A DNA stretch of 64,000 nt, taken from NCBI GenBank assembly GCA_052035095.1, contig JBPOHW010000004.1, positions 23,527 through 87,526 on the forward strand. The letters are read 5' to 3'. The notes under the pieces were generated by a model. The model saw only the letters and a list, made by a program, of their open reading frames with translations, was not told where the DNA came from and did not search any database. Each line of letters begins with the position of its first letter. The first letter of the stretch is position 1. The DNA is from Candidatus Moraniibacteriota bacterium. GTDB taxonomy: Bacteria; Patescibacteriota; Minisyncoccia; Moranbacterales; UBA1568. Shown here piece by piece: positions 46,605 to 55,339 of the stretch. The translations under genes and the position numbers were made by a program.

Positions 46605-47629
46605 CCAAAGAGCAGTATATCGAAGCGTGGACGAAGATTTTGTTTCATGGCGTGATCGCGGTACTCGCGCTCTTTTTTGCGTACCTCATTCGCGATATTA
46701 TCGTGATCTTTTTCGTGGCGATTATCATTACGGCGTCGGTCGCGCCCGCGATCGAACGACTCGAGGCGCTTCGCATTCCTCGGACCCTTGCGGTTTTGGG
46801 AGTATACGCGCTTATAGTCGGTGTCTTGGCGACGATTATTTCCTTGATGGTTCCCGTGCTTTCGGCGCAGGTTCGAGAGTTCTCGGAAAATGTGCCGAAG
46901 TATCTCAATCAAACCTCAATCTTTATGAATGGTATCGAGTCGTATCTCGAGTTGCATGATGTGTCGATCGATACCGAATCGCTTTCGGGGAATGGAGAAT
47001 CGTCCGGCGCTCTCTCGGGGTTTTTCTCGACGACGGTGGGAGTGTTTCGCGCGATTTTTTCGACGGTTGCCATCTTTTTCCTATCGCTCTATATGTCTTT
47101 CGAACGGCGCGGTATCGACAAAGTGCTTCGAACGGTGACGCCGGCCGAATACGAAGAGCGCGTCCTCTATTTTTCTCGTCGTATTCAGGACAAGATCGGA
47201 CAGTGGATGTTCGGGCAACTGCTTCTTATGATAATCGTCTTTTCTTTTTACTTTATCGGTCTTACGGTGCTCGGCATTCCCTACGCGCTTCTCCTTGCAC
47301 TCTTTGGCGGGCTTCTTGAAATGGTGCCCTACGCGGGCCCCACGATGGCGGCGGTGCCGGCAGTGATTCTCGGGTTTCTCATCTCGCCATGGCTCGGAGT
47401 CGCCGTTACCCTCCTCTATATTGTGATTCAGCAGATACAAAACCATATTGTCATTCCGCAGGTAATGCGTCGGGCGGTGGGACTCAATCCGGTCGCGGTC
47501 ATTCTCGCGCTCCTCATCGGTGCGAAACTCGCGGGAGTCGCCGGCATCTTGGTTGCCGTGCCGTCGGCCGCCGCGCTCTCGGTCTTTACGGAAGAGTTTT
47601 TGGGGAACCGGAAACAGAATGGAGAATAA
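46601..47629 (+). CDS. AI-2E family transporter
   Basis: GQLLLM, VPYAGP, IQQIQNHIVIPQVM..AVGLNP, GILVAVP. Confidence 0.9.
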   Translation: MTKEQYIEAWTKILFHGVIAVLALFFAYLIRDIIVIFFVAIIITASVAPAIERLEALRIPRTLAVLGVYALIVGVLATIISLMVPVLSAQVREFSENVPKYLNQTSIFMNGIESYLELHDVSIDTESLSGNGESSGALSGFFSTTVGVFRAIFSTVAIFFLSLYMSFERRGIDKVLRTVTPAEYEERVLYFSRRIQDKIGQWMFGQLLLMIIVFSFYFIGLTVLGIPYALLLALFGGLLEMVPYAGPTMAAVPAVILGFLISPWLGVAVTLLYIVIQQIQNHIVIPQVMRRAVGLNPVAVILALLIGAKLAGVAGILVAVPSAAALSVFTEEFLGNRKQNGE

Positions 47630-47672
47630 AGAATGAAGAATGAAGAATGAAGAATGAAGAATGGAGAATGGA
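47617..47672. repeat. 7-nt tandem repeat (GAATGRA)x8
   Basis: Read directly; spans the AI-2E stop codon and the rsmI leader. Confidence 0.9.
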
Positions 47673-47691
47673 GATTACATCGCATTCATCT

Positions 47692-48405
47692 ATGAACGAT
47701 CAAGAAGCAATTCAAATTGACACCGAAGAAAATTCCGAAACGGGGACGCTTTTCGTGGTGGCGACGCCGATTGGGAATATGGAGGATATCACGCTTCGCG
47801 CGCTTCGGGTGTTGAATGAATGCGAGCTCATTGTGTGTGAGGATACGCGGGTTGCCAAGAAGTTGTTCTTTCGGCACGAAATTTCGAAGCCCCTCCTCGC
47901 CATTCCGCAACGGGCGGCGGACGAGAAAATTCGTCGGGTGCTCGATGTATTGCGCGAGGGGAAAAATGTGGCGCTCACAACCGATGCGGGGACGCCAGGT
48001 GTCTCCGATCCGGGGAATGAGGTGGTGGCGAGAGTGATCGAGGCGGGATTTGCCGTTTCGCCCGTGCCGGGACCGTCGGCTTTGGGTGCGCTCCTCTCGG
48101 TTGCCGGCATGAATACGCAGGAGTTTCTCTTCAAAGGATTCCCGCCGCACAAGAAGGGGAGAGAGACGTTTTTTCGAAGTGTCGCCGAATCAAAGATTCC
48201 GGTCGTCTATTATGAGTCGCCGTACCGCGTCGTCAAAAATTTGGAACTCCTCTCGACATTTTCACCGGAAAAGCGTATCATCATCGGACGCGAGCTCACC
48301 AAAGTGTTTGAAGAAGTTCGCAGAGGAACCGTTCTCGAGGTGTTGGACTATTACACAAACAATTCCGGAAAAGTGAAAGGAGAATTTGTGGTTTTGGTTG
48401 TCTAG
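47692..48405 (+). CDS. rsmI: 16S rRNA C1402 2'-O-methyltransferase
   Basis: LFVVATPIGNMEDITLRA, CEDTR, DAGTPGVSDPG, YESPYR, RELTK, KGEFV. Confidence 0.95.
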   Translation: MNDQEAIQIDTEENSETGTLFVVATPIGNMEDITLRALRVLNECELIVCEDTRVAKKLFFRHEISKPLLAIPQRAADEKIRRVLDVLREGKNVALTTDAGTPGVSDPGNEVVARVIEAGFAVSPVPGPSALGALLSVAGMNTQEFLFKGFPPHKKGRETFFRSVAESKIPVVYYESPYRVVKNLELLSTFSPEKRIIIGRELTKVFEEVRRGTVLEVLDYYTNNSGKVKGEFVVLVV

Positions 48406-48507
48406 TGTTTTGGTTGTCTCGTTATTTGGTTTTCTTGTTGTTTGGTTGGATGATTGGGAATAAAAAACGGAGCAAGGTTTTATGATTGCTCCGTGTCCTG
48501 GTTTTAT

Positions 48508-48765
48508 TTATTTTTTCAGTACTTGAATTCCGCCGGTTTCTCCACTTAGGGTTACCAGCTTTCCATCTTTGCATGTTACCACAATGGTTTTGATCGAGTC
48601 CTTGTTTGGAAGGTTGGCTTCGCACTCGAATGCGTTGGCAAGGTTGGTAACCATTCTTACGGTCAAGTCTTTTTGGTTTTGAATCTCCGACTTGAATTCT
48701 TGGTTGAGAAAAAACACACCTAAAATCAAAATACACGATGTAATAACATTCATCATAATTTTCAC
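48508..48765 (-). CDS. Small orphan membrane-anchored/secreted protein, AT-rich
   Basis: GGAG-containing RBS, N-terminal hydrophobic helix, two Cys, downstream hairpin. Confidence 0.55.
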   Translation of the reverse strand: MKIMMNVITSCILILGVFFLNQEFKSEIQNQKDLTVRMVTNLANAFECEANLPNKDSIKTIVVTCKDGKLVTLSGETGGIQVLKK

Positions 48766-48863
48766 GCCTCTCCTGAGTTGTTAAGGTTGCTTGGAAAATT
48801 TTTTCAATTCCTCAAACTTGCTTCAAGCAAGATGAGTTTGGAGGGTATCACTAAGGAATATTT

Positions 48864-50288
48864 ATGTCAAGATTCTACATCACGACTGCTATTGATTATG
48901 TGAATGCCAAGCCGCATGTGGGGCATGCGCTGGAGAAAGTGCTGACCGATACGGTGGCGCGGTTTCGGCGGCTTCGGGGGGAGGAAACGTATTTTCTCAC
49001 GGGGACGGATGAGAATAGCTTGAAGAATGTGCAGGGCGCGGAGAAGGCGGGGAAGCCGGTCGGAGAATTTGTTGCAGAAAACGCGGAAACATTTCGCGAT
49101 TTGGGGAAGCTTCTCAATCTTTCTTTTGATGGCTTTATTCGAACGACGGAGGCGCGGCATTTCGCGGGAGCGGAGAAATTGTGGCGCGCGTTCAAAGCGG
49201 AGGATGTGTATACCAAAAAATATTCCGGGCTCTATTGTGTCGGGTGCGAGGAATACAAATTGCCGAAAGATTTGGTGGACGGGAAATGTCCGGACCATCA
49301 GAAAGAACCGGAGGTTGTCGAAGAAGGGAATTACTTTTTTCGTCTCTCGGCGTACGCGGATATTTTGAAGCAAAAAATAGAGGGCGGAGAACTTCGCATT
49401 GTGCCGGAATTTCGGAAGAATGAAGTGCTGTCGTTTATTTCGATGGGGCTTGAGGATTTTTCCATTTCACGGTCGGTCGCGCGCGCGAAGGGTTGGGGCG
49501 TGCCGGTACCCGACGATTCGTCACAGATTATGTACGTGTGGGTGGACGCGCTCTCAAACTATATTACGGCCATTGATTACGCGAATGACGGCGAACTTTA
49601 CAAAAAATTCTGGGCGAGCGAGAGCGAGCGAACGCACGTGATCGGGAAGGGAATACTTCGTTTCCACGCGGTCTACTGGCCGGCGATGCTTCTCTCCGCA
49701 CGGCTTCCTCTTCCGACGACTATCTACGCGCATGAATATCTCACGGTGGACGGACAGAAGATGTCGAAGTCGCTTGGGAATATCATCGATCCCGCGGATG
49801 TGGTTGCAAAATACGGTGTTGACGGCGCGCGATATATTCTCTTGTCCTCACTTCCATTTTCAAATGACGGCGATGTGTCGTGGAAAAAATTCACCGAGAA
49901 ATACAATGCCGACCTCGCGAATGGGCTTGGGAATTTGGTTTCGAGAGTGATGAAGCTGGGGGAGAAAATTACGAATTACGAATTACGAATTACGAATGAA
50001 GAATTTCCGAAGGAATTTTCGGAGTTGTTGGGAAGTTATCGGTTGAGCGAGGGGCTCGAATATATTTGGAATCTTATTCGCGAAGACAATAAGTATATCG
50101 AAGACGAGAAACCGTGGGAACTCGTGAGAACGAACTCGGAGAAGTTTGAAGCCGTAATGAAAAAATTGCTGGAAGATCTGGGAAACATCGCGGTTCTTCT
50201 TGCGCCGTTTTTGCCGGAAACATCAGAGAAAATTCAAGGGATGCTCGCGGAGCGAAAGGGCGGAATTTTGTTTCAAAGGATTGTGTAA
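48864..50288 (+). CDS. metG: Methionine--tRNA ligase (short form)
   Basis: FYITTAIDYVN..PHVGH, TGTDE, YVWVDAL, KMSKS. Confidence 0.97.
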   Translation: MSRFYITTAIDYVNAKPHVGHALEKVLTDTVARFRRLRGEETYFLTGTDENSLKNVQGAEKAGKPVGEFVAENAETFRDLGKLLNLSFDGFIRTTEARHFAGAEKLWRAFKAEDVYTKKYSGLYCVGCEEYKLPKDLVDGKCPDHQKEPEVVEEGNYFFRLSAYADILKQKIEGGELRIVPEFRKNEVLSFISMGLEDFSISRSVARAKGWGVPVPDDSSQIMYVWVDALSNYITAIDYANDGELYKKFWASESERTHVIGKGILRFHAVYWPAMLLSARLPLPTTIYAHEYLTVDGQKMSKSLGNIIDPADVVAKYGVDGARYILLSSLPFSNDGDVSWKKFTEKYNADLANGLGNLVSRVMKLGEKITNYELRITNEEFPKEFSELLGSYRLSEGLEYIWNLIREDNKYIEDEKPWELVRTNSEKFEAVMKKLLEDLGNIAVLLAPFLPETSEKIQGMLAERKGGILFQRIV

Positions 50289-50296
50289 ATTTTTGT

Positions 50297-50839
50297 ATGT
50301 CCGCCGGAATTTTTTTGAAAGAACTCGCGAAGAATTGGCGGGGGGTTGGGGCGGTGGCGCCCAGCTCCCGGTTTTTGACAGAAAAGATGCTTTCAAAAAT
50401 AGATTTCTCATCGGCGCGACTTGTGGTGGAGTTGGGACCGGGAACGGGTCCAATGACAAGAGAAATTCTCACGAGACTTCGTCCGGACGCGCGGCTCGTG
50501 GTGATCGAATCAAATGAAACGTTTTGCGAGATGCTTCGCGCTATTGACGATTCGCGGTTGTCTGTCGAGTGCGCCTCCGCTGAAAATCTTCCTGCCTTAC
50601 TTGATGGAGAGAGGGTGGACGTGATTCTCTCCGGCATCCCGCTCGCGTCGGTCGGGAGGGGCGTTGCCGGTCGAGTGCTTGATGTTGTTAAGGACATGCT
50701 TTTGCCGGGAGGCGTTTTTGTGCAGTTTCAGTATTCGAAGCTCTCGTGTAAGATGATCGCTGAGCGGTTTACTTCGGTGGAGATTGACTTTGTTCCCGTG
50801 AATATGCCGCCGGCATTTGTGTATACGGCGCGGGTTTGA
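50297..50839 (+). CDS. SAM methyltransferase (phospholipid N-methyltransferase-like)
   Basis: VGAVAPSSRFL, VVELGPGTG, ILSGIP, FVQFQY, NMPPAFVY. Confidence 0.8.
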   Translation: MSAGIFLKELAKNWRGVGAVAPSSRFLTEKMLSKIDFSSARLVVELGPGTGPMTREILTRLRPDARLVVIESNETFCEMLRAIDDSRLSVECASAENLPALLDGERVDVILSGIPLASVGRGVAGRVLDVVKDMLLPGGVFVQFQYSKLSCKMIAERFTSVEIDFVPVNMPPAFVYTARV

Positions 50840-50855
50840 AATTTTTTGAAACAAG

Positions 50856-51698
50856 ATGATCGATACGCACGCCCATATTCATGATTCGCAGTTTGACGTC
50901 GATCGCGAGATGATGCTTCGGCGCGCGAGTGAGGCGGGGGTTTCGAGAATTATTACCGTCGGGACGAGCGTTGCGGAAAGTGTCTTGGCGGTTGAAGCGG
51001 CGAAAAAATACGAGAATGTTTTTGCAACGGTGGCAGTGCACCCGCAGGAGTTCAATAGGAAAGAATTGGGAATGAAGAATAAGGAATTAGTCGGGGAAAT
51101 GATGCGGGAGCTTCGAGAGCTTGTTGTGAAAAATAGGGAAAGAATAGTGGCGGTTGGGGAATGCGGATTAGATTACCATACCTTTGACGGTGTCGCGGTG
51201 ACGGAGGAACAGAAGGTGTTTCAAAGAGAAGGGTTTCTGATGCACATCGAAATGGCGCGGGAGTTTTCTCTGCCGATTGTAATTCACTGTCGCGATGCGT
51301 ATGATGGCGTGTTTGAAATTCTCGAAGCGGAGAGCAGTGAGTTAAAAGCGTGTATTCTTCATTGCTATCAGGGGGATCTTGATATGACACAGAAGTTGCT
51401 CGCGTTTGGTGAAAAGGTATTCTTCTCTTTTGCCGGAAACATTACTTATCCGGTAAAGAAAAAATTGGAGGGAACGAAAGAGGATATTCGCGAGAGTGTC
51501 AAGATCGTTCCGCCTGATCGAATCCTCACCGAAACCGATTGTCCGTATCTCGCGCCGCAAAAATATCGCGGCACGCGGAATGAGCCGGCGTATGTTGTTG
51601 AGGTTGCTCAAAAGATTGCAGAAATAAAAAACACTTCTCTTGAGGAAGTTGAGCGCGTGACGGAAGAAAACGCGAGGCGATGCTTCTCGTTTTGCTAA
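50856..51698 (+). CDS. tatD: TatD family hydrolase
   Basis: IDTHAH, VGECGLDY, IHCRDA, LHCY, ETDCPYLAP...RNEP. Confidence 0.95.
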   Translation: MIDTHAHIHDSQFDVDREMMLRRASEAGVSRIITVGTSVAESVLAVEAAKKYENVFATVAVHPQEFNRKELGMKNKELVGEMMRELRELVVKNRERIVAVGECGLDYHTFDGVAVTEEQKVFQREGFLMHIEMAREFSLPIVIHCRDAYDGVFEILEAESSELKACILHCYQGDLDMTQKLLAFGEKVFFSFAGNITYPVKKKLEGTKEDIRESVKIVPPDRILTETDCPYLAPQKYRGTRNEPAYVVEVAQKIAEIKNTSLEEVERVTEENARRCFSFC

Positions 51699-51880
51699 AG
51701 AGGGTTATAGCGAGAGTGATATTTCTTTTGCTTCTCTCTATCGGAGCAACCTTTTGTCCCGCCAAGGTGGGGTTGCGGTCTCGGTGTGCATTATAGAGAC
51801 CTTTAGCGTAATTTGGTGTTACCAAAAAAATTCCGATATGCGCAGTTGCGCGTATCAGCAGAGTTTTTTTGAAGGGATTT

Positions 51881-52588
51881 CTATCGCCGTATTTCTATGT
51901 ATTCAACAAAAGGGAGGAGGCGGGTGCGGATGTTTTCGAGATCGAGGGTTTTGCCGCGGGTTTTTTCGACAAGGGAGGAGTCGAGGATTTTGATATCGCG
52001 AAATTCTTGGAGTGCGAAACTTCGCGCGTCTTTGAGCCACTTTCCAATTTCGTCAAAATCACGCTCCTCGTGAATGCCTGGGACGACGGTGGTGCGGAAT
52101 TCGTACGGGGCGCCACTCTCCATAATGATCCGGACGCTTTCTTGGAAGTTTTCAATCGGGATATCGGCATTTCCAGAGGCAAGCGAATATTTCTCGGGCG
52201 TATGCTTGATGTCCATCGCCCAGAAGTCCACGAGTCCGGTTTTGGCGAGTTTTCTGACAATGTCAGGGAAGGCGCCGTTGGTATCGAGCTTCACGAGGAA
52301 GCCCATATTTTTTATCTTCCGAATGAAATCGAGAAGGTCGCCGTGAAGTGTCGGCTCGCCGCCCGTGATACAGACGCCGTCGAGTTTTCCTTTGCGGCGA
52401 ACGAGGAAGGTGAGAAATTCTTCCGTTTTGTCGCCGCCCGTTTGCTTCAAATATCCTTTGCTCGGCTCAATGAGCTCGGGATTGTGACAAAACGGACATC
52501 GAAGTACGCACCCCAATGTAAACACGGTCGCCGCGAGTTTCCCGGGATAATCCAAAAGGGTAAGTGGCTGGTATCCCGCAATATACAT
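51881..52588 (-). CDS. nrdG: Anaerobic ribonucleotide reductase activating enzyme
   Basis: LLDYPG...GCVLRCPFCHNP, ITGGEP, KLDTNG, EFRTT. Confidence 0.95.
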   Translation of the reverse strand: MYIAGYQPLTLLDYPGKLAATVFTLGCVLRCPFCHNPELIEPSKGYLKQTGGDKTEEFLTFLVRRKGKLDGVCITGGEPTLHGDLLDFIRKIKNMGFLVKLDTNGAFPDIVRKLAKTGLVDFWAMDIKHTPEKYSLASGNADIPIENFQESVRIIMESGAPYEFRTTVVPGIHEERDFDEIGKWLKDARSFALQEFRDIKILDSSLVEKTRGKTLDLENIRTRLLPFVEYIEIRR

Positions 52589-52595
52589 ACTGGTT

Positions 52596-52847
52596 TTATG
52601 CTCCTTGCGGCGCGTATTCGAGGCGGTCGCAGAATTCTTGGCGTTTGCCTTTGTTCCACTGCTCGACCGGGCGGATATAACCAACGACGCGCGAATAGAC
52701 TTCCGTTTTTCGGAAATCGGCGAGCTCCGGTTTTGCCTCATAGCACGCGCGGCACTTCGCTTTCGTTTCCCCGTCAACCTCATAGGGCATATACTCCGCC
52801 CCTTTCTCGAGCGTCTTCCCGCAATCATGACAGGTTATCGTTTGCAT
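52596..52847 (-). CDS. Stand-alone NrdD glycyl-radical/Zn-ribbon subunit
   Basis: CHDC...CRAC plus TEVYSRVVGYIRPVEQWNKGKRQEF. Confidence 0.85.
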   Translation of the reverse strand: MQTITCHDCGKTLEKGAEYMPYEVDGETKAKCRACYEAKPELADFRKTEVYSRVVGYIRPVEQWNKGKRQEFCDRLEYAPQGA

Positions 52848-52871
52848 ACCGTTTTCTTTAACAAATTATTT

Positions 52872-54950
52872 TTACACTTTTTGATATTCTTTTGCGGATG
52901 ATGTGACGACGCATTGCGGACAGGTTTTGTGTTCGCCGGGGAGGTAGCCATGAGTGGGGCAGATGCTGAAGGTGGGAGTGAGGGTGAAGTAGGGGAGGTG
53001 GTATTTCTCGGCGATTTTCTTTACCAGCATACGGGCGGAAGCGGGATCGGTGATGCGTTCTCCAAGGAAACCGTGGAGGACGGTGCCGCCGGTGTATTGT
53101 GTTTGCAGATTGTCCTGGAGATCGAGGGCTTCAAAGATGTCGTCGGTGAAGCCGACGGGGAGATGGGAGGAATTGGTGTAGTAGGGATCGGCATGTTTGG
53201 TTTTGACATCGGACTCGTTTGCGACCGCGATATCGGGGTATTTTTTGGTATCGAGGAGCGCGAGGCGATAGGCGGTGCCTTCGGCGGGGGTGGCTTCCAA
53301 ATTGTAGAGGTTATTGGTTTTTTCTTGGTAGCTACTGATACGCTCGCGCATATGAGTGAGCATTTTTGCGGCGAAGGCTTGCCCTTTTTCGGTGGTGATG
53401 TCGGTTTTCAGTAAGTTCTTGATTGCTTCATTGGTGCCGACCAGACCGATTGTGGAGAAATGATTTTTCCAGTACTGGTGAAAACGTTTTTTGATATTTC
53501 CGAGATAAAATTTCGTATAGGGATAGAGGCCTTTTTCGGTGAGAGCTTCCACGATTTTTCGTTTCGTCTCGAGGCTTTCCTGGGCGATATCCATCAGGCG
53601 GTCGAGGCGGGTGAAGAAATCCTTTTCGTTTTTGGCGACATAGCCGATGCGCGGCAGGTTAACGGTGACGACACCAATCGAGCCGGTCAGGGGATTGGCG
53701 CCGAAGAGTCCGCCACCGCGCTTCCGGAGCTCTCTATTATCCAGACGTAACCTACAACACATACTTCGTGCGTCGTCGGGGCTCATATCGGAGTTGACGA
53801 AGTTGGCGAAGTAGGGGATGCCGTACTTGGCGGTCATCTCCCAAAGAGGGAGATACGCGGGATTCTCCCAGTCGAAGTTCTTGGTGATATTGTAGGTTGG
53901 GATGGGGAAAGTGAAGATGCGTCCCGAGGCATCGCCCTCGCACATCACTTCCGCGAAGGCGCGATTGATCATCGCCATTTCCGGCGCGAAATCGCCATAG
54001 GTTTCCGGTTGCGGCTCGCCGCCGATGATCGCATGCTCCTTGGCGAGAATTTTGGGCGGGATAATATCCATCGTAATATTGGAGAACGGCGTTTGGAAAC
54101 CGACCCTGGTCGAGACATTCATATTGAAGACGAAGGACTGGATTTCCTGCTTCACTTGCGCGTAGGTGAGTCTGTCTTTCCTTACAAAGGGCGCGAGGAG
54201 CGTGTCGAAATTGGAGAAGGCTTGGGCGCCGGCGACTTCGCCTTGGAGGGTGTAGATGAAGTTGACCATTTGTCCGAGGATTGAGCCCAAGTGTTTGGCG
54301 GGTTTGCAGGAAACCTTGCCGGGGACGCCGGTAAAACCGCGCCGCAAGAGATCCTCCAGATCCCACCCGCAACAATAGGCGGAGATGAGTTGGAGATCGT
54401 GAATGTGAAGATCGCCGGATTCATGCGCATCGCGGACTTCTTTGGAATAGATTTTGTTCATCCAGTACTTGGTACTGATTGCCGAGGAAACGTAGTTGTT
54501 GAGTCCTTGGAGCGAGTACGCCATATTGGCGTTTTCTTTGACGAGCCAGTCGAGGTTGCCGATGTACTTGTCGACCAAATGCACGGCTTTGACGAGGGAC
54601 TCCTCCGTTTCTCGGACTTCGCGGTGTTGCTCGCGGTAGAGGATATAGGCCTTCGCGGTGTCGTGATAGCCCTCCGACATAAGGACGGTTTCGACAAGGT
54701 CTTGGATCTCCTCGATTTTTGGGACAAAGTTTCCCAGTTTTTGTTTCGCGTATTGGCGAGCTTTTCGTTCGAGAATGGCAATCACTTTTTTACCGACGCG
54801 CGTCGCATCCTTGTCGCTCCCCGTGGCGGTTGCCGCAAAGGCCTTTTCGACGGCGCCGATTATTTTATACGGATTGAACGAGGTGGTTCGCCCGCTTCGC
54901 TTCCGCACCGATTCGATCGTCACCGCCGTTCTTTTCTTCGTGTTTTTCAT
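52872..54950 (-). CDS. nrdD: Class III ribonucleoside-triphosphate reductase (ATP cone; lacks C-terminal glycyl-radical motif)
   Basis: ATP cone, HIHDL...YCCGW, GAQAFS, SMCCRL, EATPAEG, YTGGTVLH, C-terminal CPTHG...CPQC. Confidence 0.95.
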   Translation of the reverse strand: MKNTKKRTAVTIESVRKRSGRTTSFNPYKIIGAVEKAFAATATGSDKDATRVGKKVIAILERKARQYAKQKLGNFVPKIEEIQDLVETVLMSEGYHDTAKAYILYREQHREVRETEESLVKAVHLVDKYIGNLDWLVKENANMAYSLQGLNNYVSSAISTKYWMNKIYSKEVRDAHESGDLHIHDLQLISAYCCGWDLEDLLRRGFTGVPGKVSCKPAKHLGSILGQMVNFIYTLQGEVAGAQAFSNFDTLLAPFVRKDRLTYAQVKQEIQSFVFNMNVSTRVGFQTPFSNITMDIIPPKILAKEHAIIGGEPQPETYGDFAPEMAMINRAFAEVMCEGDASGRIFTFPIPTYNITKNFDWENPAYLPLWEMTAKYGIPYFANFVNSDMSPDDARSMCCRLRLDNRELRKRGGGLFGANPLTGSIGVVTVNLPRIGYVAKNEKDFFTRLDRLMDIAQESLETKRKIVEALTEKGLYPYTKFYLGNIKKRFHQYWKNHFSTIGLVGTNEAIKNLLKTDITTEKGQAFAAKMLTHMRERISSYQEKTNNLYNLEATPAEGTAYRLALLDTKKYPDIAVANESDVKTKHADPYYTNSSHLPVGFTDDIFEALDLQDNLQTQYTGGTVLHGFLGERITDPASARMLVKKIAEKYHLPYFTLTPTFSICPTHGYLPGEHKTCPQCVVTSSAKEYQKV

Positions 54951-54971
54951 AGCTGTTTGTTCGATAAAATC

Positions 54972-55090
54972 AGGACGTACGCGTTTGGCGCAGTTCGAGG
55001 AAAACGCGAGGAACGGAGTAAGCTGTATACGCCATACAGCGTCAAGTACCGGAGCATTTGACGAAGAAATGCGCCAAACGCGTACGTCCT
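54972..55090. repeat. Structured palindromic element (R3) in the nrdD leader
   Basis: Perfect 21-bp terminal inverted repeat AGGACGTACGCGTTTGGCGCA; inner GCTGTAT/ATACAGC hairpin; purine-rich internal loops. Confidence 0.75.
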
Positions 55091-55118
55091 AAAAACTTGA
55101 TTTTTGGGGAAAAGAAAA

Positions 55119-55134
55119 ACCGTGGATATAGTGC
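55119..55134 (-). promoter_or_regulatory. Possible NrdR box
   Basis: GCACTATATCCACGGT matches the first half of the CACTATATnTAGTG consensus; upstream of nrdD. Confidence 0.35.
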
Positions 55135-55339
55135 TCCCCCACGGAGTGCGCGTTTCCGTTTCGCGCCTTCTCATTATCTTCCAAAGTTTCGAACTCGTAA
55201 AGTTTCCTTTGGTGGAGGGAAAAGTGGTATACTATTTTCCAGTATCGAGTAGTCAGTAGCGAGTAGTTGGTAAAGAGTGCCAATTGAAAGTTATCACGCT
55301 CTCTATCATCTCCAGTCTAAATTTTTTATTCCTTTTCTT

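Noticed and set aside
51694-51807. tRNA-like cloverleaf
   Set aside because: 114 nt with no T-psi-C loop, D-loop GG or anticodon-arm geometry.
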